DNA from: Polymyxa betae A26-41
Taxonomy: Eukaryota > Protista > Endomyxa: Phytomyxea
NCBI GenBank assembly: GCA_003693705.1
Contig: RBZT01000646.1
Location: 1-64,000, forward strand
Direction of reading: 5' to 3'
Length of the DNA: 64,000 bases
Numbering within the stretch: the stretch's first letter is position 1; every line of letters begins with the position of its first letter. This document shows, one piece after another, positions 23,745 through 36,351 of the stretch. The translations under genes were made by a program, and so were the position numbers. Under the pieces are notes generated by a model that searched no databases, was not told the DNA's origin, and saw only the letters and a list, made by a program, of their open reading frames with translations.

Positions 23745-24809
23745 GGCGGCGGCCTCACAGTCGCAATGTGCTCTTATCCAGTCTGAACACTTCTAACAAG
23801 AGTGTGGACACCTACTGCGACGGTAACGAACAGGCGCGCATTATGGATCGGTTTTTTTGCAATATTTTCTGAACACTTGAATAGGTAAGTATTCGCCGGG
23901 TGACTGGAATAACAGAAGGCAGCGACACCTTGCAAGCGGGTATGCTAGGGTTAGGGTTTCAAGAAATGGTCGTATAACTTTAGCTGTGGTTGCTCCAAGA
24001 GGCAGCTTAATCCAGCAATTGCAGTCAATTGTTCCAGCTATAGAATCATCTAATTTTGTGTGTTATTGAATGACTCGGGAGGCCCATCTTTCAGGAAACT
24101 GATGTCCCTGATCCGGTGGTTACGTGGGATGGTGCCAGGCAGGGGGGCTGCTCCACAGAACAACCACAGCATACCCAAAATAACGTAGCTCTCGGGATGC
24201 AACGATTGTCGGCCATCTATCCGGTGGTGATGCTGTCGCATATTTACGATTGCCATATCGATACAAATGGTATTAAGCTTCTCCAGATACTGCTCATTGG
24301 ATTCATTGCCAAACTATTTGGTATTGGAAAGTAATGTGTTTGCAGATGTTATGGATTTGTTGGCGTTATCTCCGTTGCGAGCCACCCTAAACAATCTCAC
24401 AACCCAGCACGAACGCACTACAAATGAACCACAGCTTTCGAATAATCAAACAGGTATTTTTTGTAGCGCGACCAGAATGTCATGAACAGGTTTTATTCGT
24501 CCCTTTAGTTGGAAAAGCTGTTGCGAACAATGATGCGGCTCATTTATTTGGTCGTTTGCCAATCATACGCTCGCCATAGTACGCTACTGCACTCTGCCTA
24601 CCAAGCACCCAACAAGTTGTTGATGTTTCACGAAAGGACCTAGGTAACGTTACGACTAGTCGTACAGTCAGTACAGAAAGAAGTGCGTGGACAGATCACA
24701 CCGTCGTTCACGCAGTTTCTATCCGACGCTTCTCATTCTGGCAAAATTTCGCATTTCAGGTCATGGGGACAACGATGAATTTTCATGCAATTTTATTCCA
24801 GCTGCGGCT

Positions 24810-25450
24810 TTAAACTGCCTTCTTGGCCTTTTTTATTTTAGAGGGCTGTTCGATTGGATTGGATTCGACTAGTTTGTTGATAACGACGGGCGGTGCTGTA
24901 TCCATAGCACACGGCCCAAGGAATGCCGATTGCTCAGCATTTAAATCCTCAGGAACTTCTTTTTTATTCAGGAGCGCGCAGTATTTCACCCATTTAGAGG
25001 ACTGTTGTTGGGCTCGAAATTTGAATCTTTTACCGCCAGTACGTGATCGCCCTCTCGGTCTAACTTTCAGTGGATTCCGAGCTATTAGGATTTCGTCGTC
25101 TAAGCATATGAGGGCACTTGCAGTAAATCCACGCCAAGAAACGTGCTGGAATTGTATGGGGCATGTACTTCTCCAATTATACAGCTTGTATATAGCATGA
25201 TATCCCTTGGTACTGACTAATCCGAAGCAAATTTCAAGCCATGGAAAAGGCTTAATGACCACAACGAATGCACTTGGCCCGAATTAGCTAATTTCGTTTT
25301 AGAGGACATCATACCAGGTCCAAATGAACCATCTGCGCAAGAATCTGGCCATCTATTTCGACAGTTTCCGAGTGTTTCCGCAGCCAAACAGCAAGACGTT
25401 ATCAATGTTTTTTTCCGAAAAGTAATAAAACTGCTGTTTGTCCGGCTCAT
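24810..25450 (-). mobile_element. Degraded MULE/FAR1-like transposase C-terminal remnant
   Basis: Broken frames give YQGISC (SWIM-finger-like), IPARFL and NPLKVRPRGRSRTGGKRFK (NP..V..KGRP..KR-like motif), with many stops. Confidence 0.4.
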
Positions 25451-25676
25451 GGGAATGAGAAGTTATCTGAAACGATTCATTGCTATTTTCTGATTGCAAC
25501 CGAAAAAGTTGCGGTTGGTGGTCAATCGAAGGTCAAAAGTACGGAAATAGTAGCCGGCACCAACTGATTTAACTTTTGTATCTAGCTTTCAAGTGAATCA
25601 TTGTTTATTGACATCATGGTTGCTGTGAAGATGAATTGGTCGGTCTTGCTCCGTCAGTCTTGATCCCGATGTAGAA

Positions 25677-25913
25677 TTAAGGACCACATCCACAAGTCCA
25701 ATTAGGAACATTGTGGACCGAGCAGATATAATCATCATCATCCACCTCGGTCATCGAAGCCGTCTTTGGGGATCCTTTCACAGCGCAGGCGACTCGGTGG
25801 AAAATTGGGCTGAGACGCGACTCCTGCTCGGCCTTGGCGGGCTGGGTGGGCTGGGCGGCGGTCGCCATGACACCCATGGCTCCCAGCAGCAACATCGTGA
25901 ACATCTTCACCAT
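25677..25913 (-). CDS. Small secreted Cys-rich peptide precursor, copy 2 (78 aa)
   Basis: MVKMFTMLLLGAMGVMATAAQP...LSPIFHRVA...EVDDDDYICSVHNVPNWTCGCGP. Same architecture as copy 1. Confidence 0.7.
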   Translation of the reverse strand: MVKMFTMLLLGAMGVMATAAQPTQPAKAEQESRLSPIFHRVACAVKGSPKTASMTEVDDDDYICSVHNVPNWTCGCGP

Positions 25914-26759
25914 CTTATCAGGTCTTGTTGAGAGATCCGAACACAATCGCGACGATATCAGAATGAGGGAATCCGGCAGGTCGTTGGGAAATACAACGAT
26001 GCGGCATTCTCTCGCATGCGCGAGTCGGCAGTTAGTGGCTACCAACAGACTGTGGTCTGTTCGAGGGCTGCCCGCAGTTGCCTTTTCCGTCGTTAGGAAA
26101 TGCAGGAATGGGCCAGATGTTCAGCATTGCTGTGGTAGACTCTACCATCACACACCGCTCCTGATGTATCTATGGCCTACTTCATTATGGTATTCCTTCC
26201 AGATTCATTCCAGACAGAGATTAGCAGATGTACTGCACGGGCCACATCGCACAAGTTGCCTTTTTGGAGCTTTCTAACCTAACCTTCAACTATCTGTTTG
26301 ATCATCTATTGCAAAAATAAACTATTAGAAGAAACATATTTTAGTATCGCGTTTCTCTATCAGAAGCCTTGCACAAATTGCCGTTGGCAGTGACGAATTG
26401 AGATTACCTGATTGCAGGCCATTAGAACATCTACTGATTTCATTAATCGATGGCAAATATTGGAACCAATGGCTGCAGGTTTGAAGTCGCATTTCTGTCG
26501 ATCTAATCGTTGCTGGGCGTCCAACGTGAACTATCGTTTGTGTTCCCTTTCTGGTAGCCCATTGGGGTTGATATCTAGTCGAAGAAACACCCTCTACCCT
26601 ATCTCGTCAGAAACCTACGAATAGTTGAAGACAAACTATAGAAACAAGGACGATGATGATTCCTGTGACGATTACTGGTCGGTCTTGTTCTCGCAGCCGA
26701 GCGTTAAATTGTTGACCTGAAAAATCAGCGAACTAGTCGAACCCAATCCAATCCAGCCG

Positions 26760-26935
26760 AGCTTTATTGGCGGCAACAATGAACAATAGTCTTTATCGCA
26801 ACCCAGACAGATCTCATCTTCCACCTCGGCAGTCTCATTCGTAGCGCAAGCGACTCGATGGAAATTTGGGCTGGAATGTGAAATCGTGGTCTGCCTGCTG
26901 GGTGGCGGCCACCATAACGCCAATGGCTCTTAAGC
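26760..26935 (-). pseudogene. Cys-rich peptide precursor, copy 3 (5'-truncated, frameshifted)
   Basis: LRAIGVMVAATQQ, then after a frameshift SPNFHRVACATNETAEVEDEICLGCDKDYC. No ATG/signal start is found. Confidence 0.6.
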
Positions 26936-27557
26936 GACTCCCTGAGTCTGCCTTCTGTCGTTTGCCTGAAAGCCTGTAGCTAATACGGGTAGCGATGTAG
27001 CTACCGGTAGGTAATGGCTCGAATACAGAAGTATAAACTTCGGGAGCCTAAACAGCACAATTGGTGACAGCAGGGAGTCGGACTCTTTAAACTGTAGTCT
27101 GATTGAGCCAGATGTTGATCACCACTGTGACAAACCCTACAATCATACATCGCCTCCTGCTGTATCTGTCAATATGATATCCATCTTCCATACTCAATCC
27201 AAGATAGCTATTAGCAAATGGCTTCACGGGTAGCATCACACATGTTGCCTTTGGTGTTCTCAAACCTAACCTGCAACTATTTACGACCATTTCCCAAACT
27301 CTGCACCAAACCATAGGGCGTTTTTACATTCGTTTTGCCTGTCATTGAAATGCAATCCAATGCCAGCTCAAAGATAAATAGCATTTCAGAAAAGAGCCAA
27401 ATTGCTGCAATTAGGTTCCAATATTGCCAAGCCCAGATGCTGATAAAACTCTGCTGCATTGTTGAGAGCACAATTCGCAGGTGCCATAGCAAATACAAAA
27501 AAAAACAAATTGTTGAACCTCGCCGATAGGTTCGTGGAAATTTTTCTTTAATTAGAT

Positions 27558-28005
27558 TCAATACAGAATGTTCATATTGTCGCTGGATATTGATCGTGAT
27601 AGGAATGGTTCTAGAGCATCTGCTGCGTCCTTTCCCATATCGTAATGGGAGACAGCCACTTGTTGGTCTGGCTTCCGCCAGACGAGCAAATGCATATAGC
27701 GATCGCCATCACCGAGCTTCACTTTGTACAAGTAATGCATGCCAGCAATGACTTGCTCTCGATACGAGACGACTTCAGCTGACTGTCCATCCAGTCTATC
27801 TTCTAACAATTCGATAGCTTCGTTGAAGGCCTAAATCGTCTGAGCCAGACCGAAGCCGAAACCAACACCTCCCAACCTTCTGTGGATCATCATCGAGCGG
27901 CGTCCCTTTAGTCACCAAATGCTCTTCGCTGAAGGCGCCAAGCATGGTCGCTATTGCAGACGTCGCCAGAACCGCCAGCACTAAAACAACATATTTGAAT
28001 GCCAT
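27558..28005 (-). CDS. Secreted cystatin, second intact copy
   Basis: Two exons (intron ~27831-27876, at the same position as in the first cystatin). Signal peptide, LGAFS, QVIAG, MHLLVWRKP. Confidence 0.85.
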
Positions 28006-28101
28006 AATGAGACAAGCTGTAACTACTATTAGTGAATGAATTTTGAAAGCGACGGGTCATCATCATACGACACAGAGAGTTCTTTTTGGTATTTTTTTTT
28101 A

Positions 28102-28518
28102 TTAAACAGATGATAATAACTTATTTCGTACCGGTTCCAGCCTAGTTTGTAATCGATCGAAAACAGCATGCACGAGCCCGATATTGCTGTTTGGCTTCAG
28201 GCAGAACGTGACGATTAACGGCAGCATATTGTAATGGACGACAGAGACGTTGTTGAAGTCGCTAACCATGTTGAGCGCCTCGCCTAATTGCAATTTCGTC
28301 GCCTGTTCGAGAGCATTGATGAAGGTCGTCGCCAGCCATGGGTCGATATCGATCGCGATATTTGGCGCATCAGCCCGGGCTATGACACCATTTCAGCCAA
28401 GATGCAGGCAGCTGGGTAGCATCACACCAATAAGGACGCCGTCCTTGTCATTGACAAAAACCGCCTCGGCACCGCAGAGATGCACCGCCTCGATGAGAAG
28501 CGCTTCAAGAGACGACAT
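28102..28518 (-). CDS. LAMTOR3: Ragulator complex protein LAMTOR3 (MP1)
   Basis: AVFVNDKDGVLI, LATTF..A.EQATKLQLG, VVHYNMLPLIVTF and NSNIGLV motifs. One intron near 28385-28425. Confidence 0.8.
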
Positions 28519-28588
28519 TTCGGAAGTGCGAATTTTGTCCTTATATTGTATTTTAACATTAAAATAGATTGAGCGAAAAAAACACTTT

Positions 28589-31500
28589 TCAAGGAGAAGC
28601 GACTTCGTAGTCGCTGAATGGAACAGACTGACGACCCGGTGATGACTGCCTCACTGATCCAATGCTTGGAATCCGACTAGCCCGCCCACGACATATCAGG
28701 TCAAGTTTTCCAACATAGAGTGCAGCTAGTGACACTGCAACGAATACGTTGACACCGAGGCCACGTAGCAGAACCAAAGCATCAGGACTGGAATGCAGAA
28801 GAAACTGCAATGGTAATACTAACGACGAATAGATCGCGACGAAAACTAGCGACACCGCAATCGACGAGGATTCATTGAAATCAGTTGGAACGTTACGAGC
28901 GTGCCACTACAACCTGTTAAGTTAATGCGAGAATGGAAAAATGATCATTACCGCTATTCTGGCACCCCATACGGTTAGCAAAGCACAGGCTGTCAACACC
29001 ATGGCCAGATTCGACTCATGAATTGTGCACCGAGACATTGTGTATGCAACATCTGGCGATGGAGCTGTCAATTCTGGTGCTGGAACAACCTGTCGAACTG
29101 AAGCAAATTCGATTGAATGAATCGTCAAAAATGCAGTCATTGCCATCGCCATCAATCCGATTCCTCTGAACAGCGTAGAATCGGGAATAGAGACAACCCG
29201 CATTGACCTTGAAACAAAAATCTAGAGAAAATTGTTTAGCAATCCAGGAAGAAGATACAGTACTCAAACTCAAACCTTATCTATTCGGTAAATCTTCATA
29301 TAAACAGGACTAAACATGATTGTGAACCCAAGACCAGAAAGCCACCAGCGAAGTTCGCATATTAAATCACCATATTCCTCATCAACAGGTGAGGCAAATG
29401 CCAGTGAGGATGAACTCAAGATCAAAGCACCAAATAGGTTGATAAGAAGAAGAAGCGGAGAAGCTGCTTTGATCATAGGGGATTTACGATTAAGATACAC
29501 CAACACTCCGATGATTAAGACAGAAAAGGCGACGAATATGAAGCTGGCGCCAATGAGAGAATACAATATTGAAGAACTTTCATAAGGAATAAGGAATAAC
29601 CTTACAGGAAGTCTTAAAAGTAAAGAATCGTAGCATTCGCGCTGCCTGCTCGTATCTGATGGTGTGATTGCGACATGAATAAACGATATAGGAGCAGAAA
29701 CTGCCTCTCTGGTAACATTCACAATAACGAAGCTCTGCGGGTCGATTTCGCCAGAACTTGGAATTATTTTGAATTGATCAGTTTCCGTCAGTACTGCAGT
29801 CCAGGGCAGCATAATGGGACCGTTGTTAATAAGTACGATGGAGGCAATTGCCAACCTGCCCTCAGATTGCCGTATCTCGTAGTTCCAGAGCTTAGGCGAA
29901 CCATTCGCCGCTACTGGACAGATATAACAGGACCCGTCCTGATCCAAAAACCTTCCATTATTGCATTCGCCTGCCAATCGAATTGGGTTTGCACTCAGAT
30001 CGATAATGCCTCTAAAGATACTAGTTAAGCATATGAGTGACATGATTTTTGTCAGCTTACCTCCGTTCTTCATAATCAGATTCGTGAATCACTTTAGAAG
30101 AAAAAAACTCCACAATGGCTTGCGTAACGGTTGTGATACCATCATGGAAATCGTATCCATGTTTTGGAATCAACTCATATTCATCTCCTCCACCTCGCAC
30201 AAACCCATTCGTGGCCACGACATATGATTCCTCAACTGATATATTTTTCCACTGGGATCCTTGAAGAATTTCAATCCAGGTGATTCGACCATATTTGGAA
30301 CCATTTTTGATGTTTAGCGACCATTTGAATTTCACTCCCGATACTTGAGGAAAAGCATTATCTATCCTGAGCTTAGTGGCGGCTTGAAGTGTTTGGAGCA
30401 GATAGCCGCCTGAGATGGAGAATACACATATCGTATCCATAAAAGGGACCACCTAAATAAACTGAGCACCAGGCACTTTTGCATGAAGAAAAACAATTAC
30501 CGAAAGGATTTGATCCCGAGTAATGTTCCCAGCTGGAAATACATCCCTTAATGTGCCTTTGTTGATAATTACAACATCTGGATTGAATCCCATTTTTCTG
30601 GCCATGAACATAATCGAATCAGCCACAATGTCTCCTGTTGACTGACTATAATTCTCGATATCACTCTGGCGCATACTAAGCTTGGTTGTGAAATCAATTC
30701 TCCCAACGATATCTGTAGCAACAGCTCTCTCGTATTTTTCGACGGCATTCTTTAAATACAAAGATATTGCCGGATCTGGTGGAACAGTCAAGTTGATCGG
30801 CACAATAGTGGACATGGCTTTTGCAATGCTTCGGTCTGGGTTAACATTGATATCAATACGAAGAAAAGATCTTCCAAATGAGCAAGCATCTTCACAGGAA
30901 AACACCGTCTGGTTTCCATATAACGACTTCTGATTGACAATCTGAATATCCATAAATGGGAATTCGGGTAAGCAATTATCGATGCACTTCGCTCCCAAGC
31001 TGCCAGAGTTATCAGCGACGATAACAATATCAGCGCTCATGCCTTTGGCTTCGCCAATTGCTTCTCCAGTAAAACCGATCCGATTTCTGGTCGTGAAATT
31101 GTTTGCGAATGATGTGCCTGCAGTCAAGGCTGTGGCGTAATTCGCTCCGACAATGGCGACTTTAACGCCATTAGGTAAGCTTTGCATTGAAAACGGGTGA
31201 TACGCTCTCTGGCGAGTATGGCGAGAAATTATGTTAGCAGAAACCACTGGGATTCCGGATTGAGCTTCGAAGCCTTCGGGCTCGTTTTTGTCCACAGACC
31301 AGTCCAGATTTCTTGGAACCATGGCTGCAAACTTAAACGGTCGCATAGCCATCGACTGCAACTGACCGCGATAATAACGATAAAGTCCATCAACGGCCAG
31401 CAAGTTGCCCATGTCAACGAAGACAACATTTCCTCTTGTCTCATTGATGATGCGCTTGTACAGTGTTGACTTCCTAGCAAGACCTCCCAGACCTGCTTAA

Positions 31501-31870
31501 TACTCAGGGCGAGTGCTAACGAGCTGCCAGTGAAAACATTACAGGTGTTTGATGCATCACTTTCGTCACAGTTTCTGCCGAACGCGTTAGCTGGCGTCAC
31601 TTTACCATAGGTGTTTCTGGAAATCCTTGATTAGAATCACATTTTCAGACTTGCTTATATTTACATTTGAACGACAATCGTCACATTGAGAGAAGATACC
31701 GTGATCAAGCATCTACTACATATTCAGCTACATGAAAAACAGCATCTGTGTTCCCGACATTAACATTATTAGAAGGTGATAGCATCGTGTCAGGGTAAGC
31801 ATTGACATCGGTCAATCCGCCCGGGGGCGCATAATGAGCAATTTGTGCTGATCTTGGGGTTGGGCATTGA
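28589..31870 (-). CDS. Class C (GABA-B-like, 7tm_3) GPCR with an N-terminal 5'-nucleotidase-like ectodomain and an Ig/MSP-like linker
   Basis: 5'-NT C-domain motifs: GDIVADS, INKGTLR..FPAGNIT..IL.VVPF, FPQVSG, YVVATNGFVRGGGDEY. 7TM motifs: KSPMIKAASP, CELRWW..LGFTIMFS...KIYRI, RNVPTDFNESSSI. Multi-exon; the 5' start is uncertain and may extend to ~32170. Confidence 0.75.
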
Positions 31871-32637
31871 TCGCCTGTGACGAGACCGAACTGCTAAACT
31901 TCTAGGGAAGGACCTTTCAAGAGGGGATCATCAAGGATCAAATCCGATAAAAATCCCACGAGGAACGTAAAAACGACAACGAAAATTCTGTGCTGCGCGC
32001 CAAAACAGCATCTGTACCCCTGGCAGCTAACCCTCACAATCAGCAGCGAAACGATCGAAGAAAAGCTCTGGAAACAGATCTGTATGTATGCATCCATATC
32101 CTGGGTATATAAGGTCGCGCTTTCAAGTATATCCGGTCCAGATGGAAGCCAAACGCTGCTGGGCATCCAATTGGCAGTTCTATGAAGATCGGACAAGCGC
32201 TGCCGCCTGCCGGACACAGAATGCTGCCGATCTCAAAGAAAAGTCGAATCAAACTAAATCAATTGCTAATGGCACTGAAGGGCTCCGCCTTATTGGCTGT
32301 CGCCGAATAAAGACATTCCACAGTACCCGGAATCTGAGACCAATGACAGCTGATATCCACAGCCAATGGTCTACAGAATGTGATTAGGACGACTGCGAAG
32401 TGGTAGTGACAGTAATGTTTATTAGCACATTTAGCAAGCCCGACTTGTTTAGGGTTTCATATACTGAGCTGAGGGGCCGATTACGTACAGTTGATGGAGA
32501 TGGGAAACGAAGGGGAGATTTTGAATGTCTGTAACATAATCGACTGCGTCGATGACAGTGAGGACGCACTTTAGTTTGCGGTTGGCTCATTCAAGCAGAC
32601 GCATTATCATTTTCATCGATCATCGGTCTATCAAATA

Positions 32638-33424
32638 ATGGAGGTCGTTGACAAGGTCAAGTCGTCGGCCCTGGCCTGGATGGAGGAGATGGAAGCCTTC
32701 CTCATCAAACAGGAGATAATGGCCCTGAGTTTGTTCACACAAAAGACGGGACTCAAACAAATTCATGGCGTTCTTATTGGTGTGGCGGCCCTATTTTTCT
32801 TCCTCTTGACGGTGCATGAGGATTTGTTTTAACTGCCATCAAGCTGAAATGCGTTTGTGTGTAGAACTTTGGAGGTAAAGCAGTGACTAACCTGATTGGC
32901 TTCGTGTATCCGACACTGGCGTCGTTCCACGCTTTGAAATCGAAGAATTTTGATGACGACGCCTTCTGGCTCACTTATTGGATCGTTTTCGGGTAAACTC
33001 TATTCGCTGCCTGATGCATTTATAAATCGTTACTTTCAGGCTATTTCAACTGCTGGAAGCATTTGGCGATTTGTTTTTGTTTTGGATTCCTTGTTACACC
33101 TTATCTAAGTGCTTGTTTTTGATATGGCTGTTCTCCCCTCGAACACGCGGGGCCCTATTTGTCTTAAATCAGTTTGTTGCTCCAGTGGTGAAACGCCACC
33201 AGACAGAAATTGACGGCGCCATTAACGTACGTTTGCTGAACTTTCGTTCTCACTCTCATCCTAAGTCTAAATAGGCCGCCAAGAACTTCGGCAACCAGAT
33301 GGAGAATGAAGTGATCAAACCGGTTGCTTCTCAAATGGCTCACAAAATCAGCGAATCTGCCATGGATATCATCGCGAATCAGCTTCGTCAGCAAGCTTCC
33401 CAGGAAGGCGAAGGATCTAGTTAA
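32638..33424 (+). CDS. TB2/DP1/HVA22 (REEP/Yop1) family ER-shaping protein
   Basis: LIGFVYPTLASFHAL..DDDAFWLTYWIVFG and WIPCY..K..FLIWLFSP.T.GA motifs. Four exons. Confidence 0.9.
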
Positions 33425-33566
33425 TCTGCAGTCGTTTCAGAAGACCATTCCATTTCCTCCTATTTGTTGAGTACATAAATTAAAATCATAGATTTTGTTG
33501 GCTGCTCATGCTTCTACTCGTATGTAATCTCATACGTACATTGTAGAGTCACAGGATATGAGAGCA

Positions 33567-35660
33567 TGTCTTTGGCGCTAACGTCTAGGTTAAAACGCGA
33601 TAGCACTGCCGAAATCACTCTTAACGTTTATATAGAGGGCCTGGGAATCCTCAATCGAAGTCTGCCGTTGATGTATGGCTGTCTACTGCTCGAAACTTGC
33701 AACAGAAGTGAGTCAGGATTTCATTAATCAGTAATTTGGCATAACGCTGGTTGCTTGTTTGCCATGGTATTGACTTATCTTCTGCAACAGAAGCCTGGGT
33801 CTGGAAACATCAATTGAGTCTATGCTGCATCGGTTAGAGTTCAGGAATGAAGGTGACCTAAAGCAGATACTGACTGGAAGGACGTCTTTAGAAAAAGAGA
33901 GAAAGTCTCAGTGTAATACCCAATTGAACGCCTCTTTTCCAGTTACTCTATATTTTGTCTTTCACTCAAGTGCTGGCTGAATGCATCCTGACAGATGAAC
34001 CCATATTTGCCAATATCGATTCCGTCAAACTACGGGTTCGCCAAATTGGCGAATTAATTGAATGTAGCGATGACAGTGATTTAAATGGTGATTGAGATAC
34101 TGAAGTTTGCTTCCATTTATACGTGACATACTGTACTCTGATTTAAAAACTGTGTTCATTTCATTGGCTCTTGTTTGCTTGAAAACTGACAATATTTGCA
34201 GAGCAGAAATGTATTCAAGAGCACATCAACGACGTAGTCGCTGAGATTGCAAGCATTAAGAATAGCCGCGCGCTCGAATACGATGTAATGAACTCCAAGT
34301 GCCAACAAACAGACCATTCGCTCGCTTCGCTCATCCAAAAGTATGACCTAAGCAGTAACGACGATGGGCAATACGTACTCGGCCGTTCGCCAGATCAAGC
34401 TCCTATCGAACAGCCATCGCAACCTGTCGGAACTGCTTTCAATGATAAGATTTGTACTAATTGTCTACAGGGAGGTCGTAAAGAGAAAGCGGATAAACCT
34501 GTTGATCAGGAAAACTCAATTTTAGAACAAATCAGCAACGTGGAAAAGACCATTGACCTAGACGGCGGTCAGTATGGTGGATGGGATGAACACGACCATC
34601 GTCATTTTCTCAAGTCGGGGATAATCACCATTGATCTTACGCTCTTGCCTAAGGTCGTTTAGGCTGTGGAATTCATACAACAATCTAGAAGAGATATGCC
34701 ATCGTGGGTCTAATGAGATATATGGACAGACAAACCAATCGGTTATGGCGCATTGCAAATGGTTTGAAAGGTACAGATCCTGTTTTCTCACTTGTGGACA
34801 ATTCGAGAAATTAAAGTTGCAGTTCAGATATAACGGCTATATTTTACGTAAGAAAGAGCTGATTGCCAATTGGAGAGTTATCAAAGATGTAATGATGATT
34901 AGAATGCTCACCACACGCGGCTCATATTTACCTTGGTTTATAGAGTGAGAAGAAGAAAGCAATACAAGAAACAGAAGAGGCTTTAACCAATGCGAATAAA
35001 GATACCAACGATGAAGCTTTAAAAAAGCAACAGGAAAAAAAGGAAGCGGCTCTTCGAAAATGGAAAGTGAGTTCTCATCAAGGTTGCTAGATCTGCCTGT
35101 TGACTTCGTTTACAGGAAGACAAAGCTAAACAAGAACAGGCGAAATTCCTGCGTGAAGCAGAGCTTCGAGAGAAATCACTGAAGGCTGAGAGGCGGCGCT
35201 TAGAGCGACGTTCAAAAATTCTGCATGACAAAGTCGAGAAGTTCCATGCTGAAACCGAATCAAAGCAGCGGTTAAAAGAGAATAATCAACCAAAAAAGGT
35301 GGAAATCGATGAGCGCGCCCTGCAAAAAGTAATATAAAAATGTCAAAGAAAAGTGCTGTATTAACTGTTTAGCAGATCCAAATGAGAAATTCGGCATTAA
35401 TTAGCAAGCGTAAGAACTTGGTTGAATCGAAACAAATCGAACAAAAAAGGAATGTGATGAGAACCGCTGCATTAGCAGCAAAGTATCGTGCCTCGATTAG
35501 GATTGCAGCTGATCCAGATCGGTTGTTAAAGGAAACAGAAGCGATGAAGGTTAGGATGCTGGCTCGCGAGGCGGAAAGATCTGAGCCCAAGCAAGAAACC
35601 AGCACCTTTATTCTGTCAGCCCAACATCGTGCTGTACCTCAATGGAGAAGAGGCGTCTAG
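33567..35660 (+). CDS. CCDC112: CCDC112-like coiled-coil protein
   Basis: GGWDEHDHRHFLK, HCKWFE..KKELIANWR, DPDRLLKET and the C-terminal HRAVPQWRRGV. Many introns; the start is uncertain. Confidence 0.65.
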
Positions 35661-36351
35661 TGCATCCATTATTCACAATCGCGACAGCGATGCTGCGCTG
35701 TCAAGAATTCATAGTTGTGGCTGGACTCTCATCAGTCGAATCTCGAAAAGTGATTCACATTCGTTTTACATAGCACTGGGAATATATAATCAATGTCCTG
35801 ATTTTTGAGAGAAGCGATAGTTTTCACAGCATCGCTTACAATAAATTGGAGTTTCATTTCAAGATTTCCTTTCCTGCTGTAATACTTGAGATCGTATCAA
35901 CTGATTGTAAGTTGCCGTCGGGTGTTTGTGAAGAGTATGCCCTTTCAGCGTCAAATTAACCTATTGTTCTCTCTCTAGAGCGTTCTTGTTTCCCGGAATA
36001 GGAGAAGTTCCTTTGACCGACAGAAACGAATAAGGAAAATCGTATTTACCCTTCGACATCCAGCAATCGCTATTGTTTTGGCGCTGCTGACGACTGTCAG
36101 TCGTCAAGATAATGCCGAAAGCCTGCTGGCTAGTTCCTGATAGCCTAAGACAAAGCTTACTCTCGAAACGTTTTGATAGTGCTAGACGGAAACTAGGGCC
36201 AGCAGGAATGATATCAAAAGGCAATCTGCATCACACTGAGAAGAAGAGGGTTGACAGGGCTCCCAGTTGGATTCCGATCCGACAGAATCACCATACTGGG
36301 TTGCTGGGTTGTAAAAGCGTGGCCTTTAATGAGTCAAAGGGGTCGTTCTGT

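Noticed and set aside
23944-23960. TAGGGTTAGGGTTT as a telomere
   Set aside because: Only about two units in an interstitial position.
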